Below are positions 11,620-23,948 of a stretch of DNA of 59,479 nt, piece after piece (within the stretch, counting starts at the first letter, position 1; every line of letters starts with the position of its first letter). Made by a program: the position numbers and the translations under genes. The DNA is taken from the NCBI RefSeq assembly GCF_001194135.2, contig NC_068996.1, forward strand, positions 50,903,269 through 50,962,747, written 5' to 3'. Below the pieces are notes generated by a model that was not told the DNA's origin, searched no databases, and saw nothing but the letters and a program-made list of their open reading frames with translations. Source of the stretch: Octopus bimaculoides (Eukaryota).

Positions 11620-11825
11620 TTAATGCCTTTATTACTATATTTCAAATGAAATACCCTGCCTTTGTTTCAATTAATTTTGAAAATAATGAAGCATTTACTA
11701 AAATAACTTTGTAATTGTTGGAACATGAATTAACACAAAATTTTGATAGGTTTTAATTTAGACCAACTTAAATCTGGAAGTTTGTATCATAGAACCTGGG
11801 ACAGTTTAAGGTGGGTTGGTATCAG
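11620..11825 (+). mobile_element. Old piggyBac-type MITE related to family 1
   Basis: TTAATGCCTTT start; TTTCAATTAATTTTGAAAATAATGAAGCATTTACTAAAATAACTT matches the 58062 copy. Confidence 0.55.
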
Positions 11826-12212
11826 ACTGTTCAATTAATAAAGAGCATATTTGATAATGTAGTCTTAGATGCATACTGCTTAAAAACTAGAGGGGAAGGT
11901 CATAACTGGAACACTGTTCATAATAACACTGTTTGGTCAAGGTTGACCTGAGGCTCAAACAAGCACAGTTTTGGTGAGGCAAGGGTTAATAGGTTTCATT
12001 TGAATGAAAAGATGCAACTCTGGAGATGATCCAGGATTTGAATGGAAATATTAGTGGGGCAGATATTATTGGTGATGGTTAAGATGGATTAGTATAGAGG
12101 GAGAAGGAGTAAGTTCATTGTAATAGGTGTAGAGAAGGCTGAACACTAGGGGATAGTTCAAGATGGGTTGTGTTACCACAGAAACTTTCGGATATGTAAT
12201 ATGCAAGTTGTT

Positions 12213-12575
12213 TTTCACTTGTTTCAGTCATTGGATTTTGGCCATGCTGGGGCACCCCCTTGAAGGGTTTAGTTGAACAAATCAAATCTGGGACTTATTT
12301 TGTAAGGCTTGTACTTATTCTATCAGTCTCTTTTGCTGAACAACTAAGTTATGGAGATATAAACAAATCAACTGCTACTGTCAAACAGGTGGGGGGAACA
12401 AACAAACAAAGATATGCATATACATGTATGCACATGTGTGCATATGCACACATGCACACACACACACACACACACAGAGGATGGACTTCCACATAACTTT
12501 CATCTACCAAATTCACTCATAAAGCATTGGTTAACTTGGGGCTATAGTGGAAGAAACTTGCCCAAGATGCCATGG
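12213..12575 (-). mobile_element. SINE family A
   Basis: Tail, body and CTTGCCCAAG core in reverse complement. Confidence 0.85.
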
Positions 12576-14135
12576 TTTTTTTTTAATATAATGTGAGGAT
12601 GTTGTACTTCAGAGTAGTGGAGATGATTCAAGATTTTGTTAATTATATGATTAAANNNNNNNNNNAAAAAAAAAAAAAAAAAGCAATTTTAGGTGAATTG
12701 GAATAAGTATTTTTTTAAACAGCAATAGTTAAATGTTTTGTAAAGTTTGGACTTAATTGTCATTAGCTAATGTAGACTTTGTTATGTCAGTATCATGTTA
12801 GCTTTTGTTTAGCTTGATTTAAATTTGGGCTGACATAGATATTTAATTAGGCTGACATTGTCATCATCATTTTAATGTCCACTTTTCCATACTTGCGTGG
12901 ATTGAGTTTATTGAGGTAGATTTCCTGCAACTGAATGTCCTTCCTATCACCAACTCTCACCTGTTTCCAAATAAGGTAATATTTCCCATGGCTGGACAGA
13001 TTTTTTTCTTTTTTTTGTAGAACATTAGAAATGAATGACACTGCTAGTAATACAGGGACAGTCATTTCACAACCATCATGTGATGTCAAGATAAGGAGAC
13101 ACAAACGTACACACACACATCTGTACTTGTATACTATAGGCTTCTTTCAGTTTCTACTTGCCAGGTCCACTCATGAGGCTTTGGTCAATCTTGCCCAAGG
13201 CGACATGCATTGCGACTAAACCTGGAAGCTTACCACACAGTTGTGTCATGACAACAAATTTTCTATCATAGTAGGCAATGTTGAAAAGGATAAACATCTC
13301 TCTTCATCAGTTTCTGTTAGAAGCAGGTTATGTAAATCAACTCAATGGAGACTCTACAAGGTCACTTGATGTGCTAGAAATAGTAGCACATCCAAGTTAA
13401 AACCATACCATCTTAAACAAGGCAGAGGTAATGTAAATGTAATCTTAGATATTCCTTTTAAATAAAACATAGTGTGGTCATGACAGAAATGCCATTGACC
13501 ATAGCTTTACTCATCACACCCTCCCCGCACAACCAGTGTGCCCATGATGGAGCACTAGTTTCAAAGATTGTAACAGGTCATACTGCTAGCCCAGTAATTA
13601 AACTTATTTATTTTATTTTATCATTTCTTTGAAAATTGCTTTGTTTTTGACATAAAGGAACTTTACTTGACACTGGTAAATGTGAACACATGCATGCATG
13701 CACACACGTGTGCATGCTCTCTCTCTCTCTTTCTCTCTCTCTTTACTGCAGTTTTCATCTACTAAATTCCAAAAACAAGATATTGTCACTTTGTTGATAC
13801 AGTAGTAGAAGTTACTTGCCCAAGGTGCCATGCAGAAATAATGTGATTGCAAAGCAAACTTAATCACATGACTATCTCTCCCTCTCTCTCTCCCTCTCTC
13901 TCTCCCTCTCTCTCTCCCTCTCTCTNNNNNNNNNNNNNNNNNNNNNNNNNNNNNNNNNNNNNNNNNNNNNNNNNNNNNNNNNNNNNNNNNNNNNNNNNNN
14001 NNNNNNNNNNNNNNNNNNNNNNNNNNNNNNNNNNNNNNNNNNNNNNNNNNNNNNNNNNNNNNNNNNNNNNNNNNNNNNNNNNNNNNNNNNNNNNNNNNNN
14101 NNNNNNNNNNNNNNNNNNNNNNNNNNNNNNNNNNN

Positions 14136-14175
<40 letters not shown>

Positions 14176-14189
14176 TGTGTGTGTGTGTT

Positions 14190-14600
14190 CATTATTTGTA
14201 TTGAGCTAAAGTTTCCCTGTGTAGTTGTTCAGAGTTATTCAGTTCTTTAGAAATTTTCCAAGGTGACTAGTGTGAGGATCAAATTCTTAACAAGCGCTCA
14301 AGTTAAATTACTTGTGTATCTTAATGTTGTTGGTCAGTTGCTGGTCTTAAATGGAAGTTTTTAGAGAGTTTCAATAATAATTAAGTGTTCTTGTTAGTAG
14401 TAGTTTCTCCACAGTTAATTCCTGCTACAGTCAGTAGTTGGAAGAGTTACAGTTGTCTTCATGTCTACATTTCTCTGCCAGTTCTTGTTTTCTGTTGAGC
14501 TTCTGAAATGGCTGAAAGTGGATGTTGTATTTTTTGGCTGGGCAAAGATTTCGTCTTTTTGTAGTTGTTTTCATTTCAGCTATGGACCAACTCATTGACT
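14190..14600 (-). mobile_element. Second Penelope-like remnant: endonuclease C-terminus (14431-14598) plus 3' terminal region
   Basis: Open minus frame SWSIAEMKTTTKRRNLCPAKKYNIHFQPFQKLNRKQELAEKCRHEDNCNSSNY* resembles the PLE C-terminal WSI…KRCNLC..EK…LN.R.EL..KCRH pattern. Confidence 0.7.
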
Positions 14601-15021
14601 GTTAACTCTGTAGCTGACAAGTGTATAATATGCTAATCAGGAGGACCATAAATGTTATATTCTGATAAGTGTGTGTATGTGTGTGTATATATGCGTGTGT
14701 GTATTAATCATGGTTTTACATTTCTAGTTTGGAATAGCCTAAGAATGAAAGTACATTTCTGATGAAGTAGATTTGTAAGAGGTTCCCCAACCATTTTTCT
14801 GGTTCCTTAAGAAAACAATTGAATATTTTTATATCATCTGTAATCTCCACAGCTAAGGCTTTCAAATAAATAACTGTAAATTCATTTATATTTTACATAT
14901 TTTAGGTAATGTGATTTATAACACATCTTGATGAAACTTTGAGCAACAATAGAATGAATCATCTACTGTTTGCTTATGGATAATGTTTGCTTTAAATAAT
15001 GTGTGTGTGTGTGGGGGGGGG

Positions 15022-15058
<37 letters not shown>

Positions 15059-15614
15059 GCAGATATAACCTTCTCGCAATGAATATACAATACTCTATTA
15101 GACACCATAACCAGGATATTTTTTGATAAAAATATGTTGTTTTTGTTCATATTGCTAGGTAGCAAGAACTTGGAATTAACAACAACAATGCTGATGATGA
15201 TGATGATGATAATAATAATAATAATAATAATAATTCTTTTTTGGTTGTCTTTTATTATCCATCTGGCATTTCCATCTTCCCATTGTCTTATTTGCCAAGG
15301 TATATTAACTCAGCAGGATCTGTCATAAATTTTCTTTTATATATTTAAAGAAAAAAAAACATTAAAAGAAAATTCATCAGTTGATTGAATGACTCCATTG
15401 ATAGAATGAAATAAACTACATATATACAATCATAGATAGACACACTCATATTCAGATTCTCTGTATAAAAATTGGAACATAATGCAATTATAGAACTATT
15501 TCATACATGTGTGTATATTTGTGTATGTATATGTGCATACACATATTTATATATTTGTGACACTGTGTGTTTGTATGTATACATTTATGTATCTGTTAAT
15601 GTATTAGTGACATA

Positions 15615-15646
<32 letters not shown>

Positions 15647-17086
15647 GTGTGTGTGTGTCTGTCTGTCTGTCTGTCTATATGCATGCAGATCCTTATGGTG
15701 CATGCATAAGTATGTGCCAAGTTGTAGGCAATCATTTTGCTCTCAGGCATCTGAATAGATTTTACATAGAAGTACATATTTCCAAAGAGGGAAAGTCTTA
15801 GACTGTGATTATCTGAATTTGAGCAATACAAGGTGCTGCTGCTAGTGTATATAACTAGTATACATATGTATATATAAATATACTCATGCAGTGATTTTCA
15901 TAGACCTTCACAGTAAAAAACAGATTGGTTAAATTTGAGAACCAAAATAGCATGCCTGTTAGGTACAATGATATAAATATGAATATATTTACACAGGGAA
16001 AAAATGGTTAATGGCATTTTGTTTGTTGTTGTTTTGAGTTCAAATTCTGATAAAGTTGACTTTGCCTTTCATCCTTTCAGAATCAATTAAATAAGTACCA
16101 GTTATGCACTGGGATCAATGCAATTGATTGCCCCTACTCCTAAAATTTCGGGTCTTGTACCTATAGTAGAAAGGCTGTAAATATACATGTGTGTATGTAT
16201 GTATGTATGTCTGTATGTCTGTATGTCTGTATGTACATATATGTGTATGTATGTCTGTGTATATGTAAGCGAAAACAAGCTAAGACAAATAAGGGTGGCC
16301 AGTGGTATGTATTTAAACAACTGGCAAATAATGGTACATCAAATACCATCAAGATGAATTCTTCATGTATTGAAATTATCTCCACTTCTGCAGAAGGTAA
16401 AGCAATCACTTGGGGACAATTGGAACCGACTTTGAATGAGAAAGGGGAGATAATTTCAAGAATGAAGAATTCTCTGAAATTGACATGTCATTTAGGAAAA
16501 GACTGGCTGATTGTCTAAAGACAAGAGGCCAGCTGCAGACATACATTTCTGCTTCAACAAGCATCATCCAGTACAGTAGTTGCCCTACCTTGTCTCTAAT
16601 ACAGGTTATTTAGATATATACAAAATAAGTAGAACTCATTTATGATCAATATTCGCATATTTTAAACAAAAGTGAGCCAAGGACATTAACTCAGTGGCCA
16701 CCTGTTTAGTCAGGAAGGACATATTCTGCTGTTTGATCAAATGACTTACCTGATGATTGAATTAGAAGGTAAATGGCAGAGTATTCCATGCCCAAAGCGT
16801 CAGTCAATGGTATTGAGCTCGAGACATTGTGACTCCAAAAATGAACATGAACTTTTGGCCATGTTTCATGCAACACACACACACACACACACATGAGTGA
16901 GCAAACAAATGAAAGTAGCACTCAATACTTTTGGTTGAAGTTACCTGTTTCTTATAACAATTTGGCAAGTCTTGAAACATCTGTTGACTTGGACAGGTTC
17001 TATGCTCATGAAACTTTAAGTAATGTGAAACCAAGTCAAACTGTTATTAAATATACACAGACACAGACAGAAAAGTATATATAAAT

Positions 17087-17185
<99 letters not shown>

Positions 17186-18659
17186 TGGTTATATTTATAT
17201 GTATGTGTTTGCACTTATGTATATAAATATATAAATTCAAAGTGTGCAATCAAAGCAGCTGTATAATGTAAACATTACCAATATCACATAACGTCTGTGT
17301 GTTGTTTAAACACCAGAAGCTGTGGGTTTTTATGTCTGGGAGAAAATCCTTTTAAAGATATATAGTGCTAAAAAACCCAACATACCTCAGAGATAGTCAA
17401 AATAAAATCCTGATCACAAGAACAGCAGATATGTATTTTGCTGTATTTGCAGTTTATCAATGCTAGTCTAAAAGTATATACAACAGACAACAGTATAAAA
17501 ACTATTTGTTGATTTGCAAAGGTGCAGCATAAGTTGAATAAATTGAGATTATACAATGGAAACAACTCTGTAATGTGAATGTTATCAATATCACACATTT
17601 AATATGTGTGCATTGTTTAAATGCCAGAAGCTATGGGTTTTTTTTGTTTTGTCCAGGAAGAATCCTTAAAGTTGTATAGTGCTAAAGAACACACACACAC
17701 ACACATCATACATGCATTTATACATGATGTGTATACCAATGCACATGCATAACAGTATGCATTTTTTCTTCTACAGCTCTGTATGTTACTTCAGAGGAAA
17801 GTGCAAATCAATTAGCTTAGTTTAAAGCTTCTTTATTTTGTTGGTGTGCATGTGTGTGCACACATTTGTGTTTGTATGCAAACTTCCATACACCCCTCCT
17901 CTTCAATGTCATTTCATGTCTGTCTTCTACGCTGGCATGAGTCCAATGGATTGTCATGGTCCAATTCATTTCTTGATTGGAGTTATTGCTCTCCTATATT
18001 GATTGAGGACATTATCTCCGCATGCGAATTCTATTTTATCTTTCCTTTTGTTTTTGCATGGTTTCTCTAACTGGATGCTCTCCCTAATGTCAACCACTTT
18101 TCAAAGTGCACTGGGTGCATATGAATCATGACATGAATGGTCTAAGACTACTACAGAGCTCCTTTATTCTAGGTTACCTGTATTTATTAAAGGTAACATA
18201 ACAGAGAGAGAGAGAGATAGAGAGAGAGTAAAAAGGTAATAGAGCTGGGAGGTAATGTGAAAGAGATCAAGAATGATCAAGCAAATATAGACAGACCTCA
18301 TAGGTAACATGGTATGGCCCTAGTAGAAAAGTTAAGTGATAGATGAGAAGATAATGAAAAGAGAGTGAGTGTAATAGACAGAAACTGAACAGGAACTAAA
18401 AGGGCAGGTGAGGAACCCAAAATTTAATGGACACTCTTCATTATGATGTTTTTATCTGTGTGGACACTGTATGCTGCTTCAAACATGTCAATGTATTGGA
18501 CTAGACTGTGTATTTAAATGCATTAACCAACATCGTTTTGTTTCTAGAAATAAATTTTTCAAAAATGACGGTGTCTATTTTTTTTTTAAAGATGTCTGTC
18601 TACATCACCACACTCATTCATACATTTCTGTTGCCATATTCACAAAGGTGGCTAGGTTT

Positions 18660-19135
18660 TTTCCAACACTTGTGTATCACCGTTCATTGTGGGAATTTAT
18701 CATTTCCATTGTGAGATTCCGTCATATTGACATCAACCTTTACCACTTTATCCGGTGTCATTCTAGGTCTCTCTCTTCCACTGCTTCCATACGACCAAGT
18801 TTATTTAAATGAAGTCTTCCATACATTTGCTTGTTAGTGCAGTCTTCTCTCTTGCACACTTCATCTGAAACTTCTGATATCCAGATTGTTTCTTGGTTCA
18901 TTTCTACTCTGTCACTCATGATTTTGCTTCCATGTCTGAAATTTCTTCTAATTCTTATACATGTTCAATTATAAAAACTAGGTCATCAGCATAAATGAGT
19001 CCCAAAGACTGATAGTCTTAAACTCTCTTGTTATTATTTGGAGGATCGTATCCAATGGAAGGTGCTTGATTAATTTCTTCCTTTCTGTTTATGCATCACA
19101 CTCTGTGCACAACATCATCCAAATTCTGCTTTCCT

Positions 19136-19219
<84 letters not shown>

Positions 19220-21030
19220 TTTTGTTACCAACATAATTAATAGCTTCTTAAACTTTTCCATCTTGTTCTTATTCTGACTACTTTGCTTTTGAAATGTGTA
19301 CCTCCGTTGGTAATTAGGTCAGCTCGTTAATAAACACTATCAATCATTTCTTGGGAACCTCCTGATATTTGAAAGTTTCTTTTTCAATTGTACTTTTGCT
19401 GCTGTTTGTGCCTGTGCATTTTTTTTTTCATATGTGACGCCTATCTTCTTTGTCCACAGTTTACATTGGGTACACCATTATGGAATTATTATTAGCTTTC
19501 TTTATATTGAGTGCAGCATTTTCCCTGATAGCAGTAGAGTCTTGTTGCGTTTCTTGTTTTTTAATAATTTAGTTTTTGTAATTCTAGGTTTTGCTTCCAT
19601 GTCTACAATTCTAAACCTTCTACATGTATAAAGATCAGATCATCAGCATACAGGAGTTCCAAAGACTGGTGGCCTTAAACTCTCCTGTTCATGACTTGAA
19701 GGATTATAATAACAGGAGAGGGCCCTTACCTGTATGCTAAATGTGTTGCCCAACTCCTTGCTAATTCTCACTTTGCCTACATTTCTGTACATGGTTTGTA
19801 TTGCCTTCACAAGCCATTCATCTACCTCTAGCTACTTAATAACCACCAGACTACAAAATGTGGGACTCTGTGAAAGGCCATCTTCAGGTTGACAACGTAG
19901 AGAGGTATTGTAGCTCAGTACTTCTCTTGCATTTGTCTCACTTGAAGATGGCATCAATAGTATCTCTTTCTGGCACAAACTTTATATCTCATCAAGGTTA
20001 ATTCTTTTACAAATTAGTTGCATAACTCTTTCAGTAACCTTCATAACCTGGTCTATTTAGAGTAGCGCATTTTGCTTGTATGTGCAGTACTTGATGCTAC
20101 ACTTGGCATTGGGCATGGCACCTGCATGTCCTTACTCATTGGTTGTGCATGATAGTCTTGATATATTAGATATTTGAAGTATCTCAGCAGCTACAGTTGT
20201 GGCCCATCCCTGCCTTTGTAACCTTAACCATACTTTTGACTATATTTATCTTAATATGTGTTAATGGCAAGTTTGAGGTAGTCCAACTCTCCCTTTTACT
20301 CTTTCAGTCTCCCAATCACCTCTCATAATAATATTACCGTCTTTTCAGTATCAGTAACGGAAAAAAATATGTTGCTCTTGTTCTGTTCACACTTCTCATT
20401 GATTGATGTCTCCAATGAGACATCATTTCTCACAACCTTGTTCCTCAAAGTTGTAAGGCACATGGCTCAGTGGTTAAAGCATCAGGCTCTCAGTTACGAG
20501 GTAATGAGTTCGACTCCTGAACTGGACTCTCTATTGTGTTCTTAAGCAGGACACATTATTTTACGTTGCTCCAGTTCACTCATCTGCAGAAATGAGTTGT
20601 GGCATCACTGGTGCCAAGCTGTATCAGCCTTTACCTTTCCCTTGGATAACATTGGTGGTGTGGAGAAGGGAGGGAGGGAGGTAGGCATGGGTGACTGCGG
20701 GTCTTCCATAAACAACATTTGCTTGGGCTTGTGCCTCAGAGGGGAACTTTCTAGGTGCAATCCCACGGTCATTCATGACCGAAGGGATTCTTTACCTGAT
20801 CCTCACATCATAGAGCATGTCAGAACTCTTACCACTTTCTGCTTCCTCTCTAAGTATACCTGACACATAGCTTCTCTTCTAGCTATTATTGTCTCCTTTT
20901 TTCCAATATTTCAAGGCCTCTCTCTTAGCTTTTATGCACTCTACCTATGGTGCTATTCACCACCATCATTTTTACATGGAACCTTGCACCAGCTGCAAAT
21001 CTGATCTGTAACTCTCAGCAGATGTCTCAT
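18660..21030 (-). mobile_element. Ancient RTE-clade LINE ORF remnant, fragmented (two YADD-containing pieces; interrupted by (AG)n and a SINE at 20457)
   Basis: Minus-strand motifs in order: WW…IKAKREALKYWKK (20830-20960), AAEILQIS, DQVMKVTERV, FVPERDTIDAIFK, VNLKMAFHRVP, ELLYADDLIF (about 19640), LIYADDLVF (about 18990), GSSGRERPRMTPDKVVK (about 18750). Confidence 0.85.
20457..20796 (+). mobile_element. tRNA-derived CORE-type SINE family E inserted in the RTE remnant
   Basis: GGCACATGGCTCAGTGGTTAAAGC…GAGTTCGACTCC…GTGTTCTTAAGCAGGACAC…GTTGCTCCAGTTCACTC. Confidence 0.8.
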
Positions 21031-21281
21031 AGAATACTCGATGTATGTGTTCAATCAATTTGTGAACTTTAATAGATTAGCTTACTAAAATATGTTGAAA
21101 ATAAGATGAGTGCAGGTATGGTTGTATGGTTAGAAGGTTCACTTTAGAAACATGCAGTTTCAGGTTTTATTCCATCGCATGACATCTTGAAAAAGTGATG
21201 ACATTGGATAAGCCATGCCTTGTAAGGAAAATTGGGAGACAGAAATTGGGCAGAAATCTGACATGCATGCATGCACGCACA

Positions 21282-21331
<50 letters not shown>

Positions 21332-21585
21332 CAACCATCCATCTTATAATTCTGATGGCAGAATTCACCATCAAAATTCACTAATCATCCACCATTTGTC
21401 TAAGATAATACTAGACTGTTCAACAATTTCCCTATTTTTTCTTGACTGTTGACAACAACTAAGCTTGTATTTGCCCCCTTTTTTCACACTTATCAGTTTA
21501 CAGAACTCCAAATTTATCCATTGAATGTATCTTTTTGTTTCCTCTTGATTGCTTTTAAACAGCTTCTAGCATCATCTTTGCTTAT

Positions 21586-21711
21586 CAACCACCTGGTTCC
21601 GGGTTCAGTCCCACTGTGTGGTACCTTCGGTAAGTGTCTTCTCCTATAGCCTCAGGCTGACCAAAGCCTTGTGAGTGGATTTGGTAGATGGAAACTGAAA
21701 GAAGCCCGTCG

Positions 21712-21746
<35 letters not shown>

Positions 21747-22017
21747 ATATGTATATATGTATGTATATATATATGTATATATATATATGTATGTATGTGT
21801 GTGTATGTTTGTGTGTCGGTTTTGTCTCTCCAACATCACTTGACAATTGATGCTGGTGTGTTTATGTCCCTGTAATTTAGCAGTTCAGCAAAAGAGAATG
21901 ATAGAATAAGTATTAGGCTTACAAAGAATAAGTCTTGGGATTGATTTGTTTGGCTGAAGGTGGTGCTCCAGCATGGCCTCAGTCAAATGACTGAAACAAG
22001 TAAAAGAATAAAAGAAT
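21586..22017 (+). mobile_element. SINE family A
   Basis: Body, internal TA repeat and tail AAACAAGTAAAAGAATAAAAGAAT. Confidence 0.9.
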
Positions 22018-22049
22018 CATCTATGACTTGTAAATCTCTTGAGTTTTAG

Positions 22050-22245
22050 TTATTCTTCTTTTATTCTTTTACTTGTTTCAGTCTTTTGACTGTGGCCATG
22101 CTGGAGCACTGCCTTTAGTCGAACAAATTGACCCCAGGACTTATCTTTTGTAAGCCTAGTACTTACATATTCTATTGGTCTCTGTTGCCGAAACGCTAAG
22201 TTATGGGGACATAAACACACCAACATTGGTTGTCAAGCGATGGTG
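22050..22245 (-). mobile_element. SINE family A 3' half, tail-to-tail with the previous copy
   Basis: Reverse complement of about 21831-22017. Confidence 0.9.
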
Positions 22246-22297
22246 GAGTGGGTGGGTAAGGTATTGAAACCTGACCCTGCCAATCCTTACTCTAGAT

Positions 22298-22735
22298 CAG
22301 TGGTTCCCAAACTTTTTTCTCTGGTCTGCTTTTTCGGAATGAATATTTGCTCATGCTTCATCAAAGGTCCAGAGAGAGGTTTAAAGGGAAATAACCACAG
22401 ATTCTAAATCAGAACTTTATCATTGATAAACTCTCTCCTTCCATTTGTGGACCATAGCTACTATACTCTTAACACTTGATATAATGCAAAAATATCACAA
22501 TGAAAAAAAAATCAATCAATAATTATTTATAACTATTTATACAGGCATTCATGCATACAATTACAAGTAATCCATAATAATATTTTTTTTAATTTTGAAA
22601 TCATATCTATTTTTGGTATATGATTTTTTTAAAAAACTGTTTCCAGATGTTTGATTGTCTTTCAGTCATTCTGCTTCACCTGCTATCCTCTTCTGCTGCA
22701 CCTGTGAGGTGTGCCACACCATTTGGGAACCGCTG
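22298..22735. mobile_element. hAT/Charlie-type MITE
   Basis: TIRs CAGTGGTTCCCAAA / TTTGGGAACCGCTG; 8-bp TSD CTCTAGAT / CTCTAGAA (NTCTAGAN is the Charlie target). Confidence 0.9.
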
Positions 22736-22739
22736 CTCT

Positions 22740-23180
22740 AGAATGGAGAAAGCATGACCTTAAATACTATGGAGTGGCATCCAGTTTGGGAATTGATTGA
22801 GCATTCAGTCCCAAAGTTAGACTCTCCAAGATCTCTCTCTCTCTCTCTCATGTATTATTGCATATCTTTGACATCTTTTCTCCTCAGGGTAGTCTCAGCT
22901 CTTCTAACCTCTCCCAGGAATTGAGGTAATCCGCTAGGTGTAAGAGTGATGGATTACCATGTAGTAATCACAGTTGGAAGCGATAGTCCAAGTGACTGAC
23001 AACAAATGTATTCCATATTATCAGTTTAGTTCTTTTTTTTTTTTCTTGTTCAGAAAAGAACCAGAATTTAACAAAGCAGCCAGCCAGCCATATTGTTGCC
23101 ATTGTATTAATATTGATACTAAATGATGCAATATTACTCACATGGATTTCCAGATTACTTAATGATTGTGTCTCCAAGAT
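22740..23180 (-). mobile_element. CR1/L2-group LINE ORF2 C-terminal remnant
   Basis: IIWNTFVVSHLDYRFQL (compare LV.S.LDYCSQLWSP), ELRL…RYAII, ILE…NFG…TG.H. Confidence 0.7.
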
Positions 23181-23339
23181 TGTAATGCTCCTTTGCCCTG
23201 TATATTCTGTCTGTCATTTCTTTGTACACTGTATGTATGTGTGTGTGTGTGTGCATGTGTGGAATAAGAAAAACACTAGTATGAGGTGTGTCATTTGTTT
23301 GTAGACTGTGTTTGTGTATGATGAGAAAAGCGCTCAGTA

Positions 23340-23510
23340 TGAGGTGTGGCTATGTTGTAAGAAGCTTGCTCTTCAACCACACAGTTCCAGGTTCAGTCCC
23401 ACTGTATGACTGTATGGCACCTTGGGCAAATGTCTTCTACTTATAGCCACAGGCCAGCCAAAACTTTGTGAGTGGATTCGCTAGACCAAAACTGAGAGCA
23501 GTCTATTGTG

Positions 23511-23556
<46 letters not shown>

Positions 23557-23717
23557 AGTCTTTGTCCCCTACGACTGCTTGACCACCAAAGCGACTGACA
23601 GAATAAGTATCAGTCTTAAAAAAATTAATACTGGGGTCAATTCATTCGACTAAAGATTCTTCAGAGTGGTGCCCTAGCATGGCCGCAGTCTAATGGCTAG
23701 AACAGATAAAAGATAAG
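23340..23717 (+). mobile_element. SINE family A
   Basis: Head GTGGCTATGTTGTAAGAAGCTTGC…GGTTCAGTCCC, core CCTTGGGCAAAT, tail. Confidence 0.85.
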
Positions 23718-23719
23718 TA

Positions 23720-23880
23720 CACACTGTAAAGTGGTTGGCATCAGGAAAAGCATGAAGCTGTAGAAACCATGCCAGAGCAAACACTGGAGCACAAGTGCCG
23801 TTTTTGGAACCATCAGAGCTTTTGTCAAACCATCCAGCTCATGTCAGCATGAAAAGCAGATGTAAAATGATGATGATGAT
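23720..23880 (+). mobile_element. SINE family C 3' part
   Basis: GTTGGCATCAGGAAAAGCATGAAGCTGTAGAAAC…GATGATGATGAT tail. Confidence 0.75.
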
Positions 23881-23902
23881 CATGCACGCACGTACGCGCG
23901 CA

Positions 23903-23948
<46 letters not shown>

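Noticed and set aside
14903-14911. TAG|GTAATG recursive-splice-like site
   Set aside because: Lies within a decayed hAT-like MITE remnant in very AT-rich DNA; chance match likely.
16440-16610. EEFSEIDMSFRKRLADCLKTRGQ, vaguely like a Tc1/mariner C-terminus
   Set aside because: No DDE or SPDLNP motif nearby; too weak to call.
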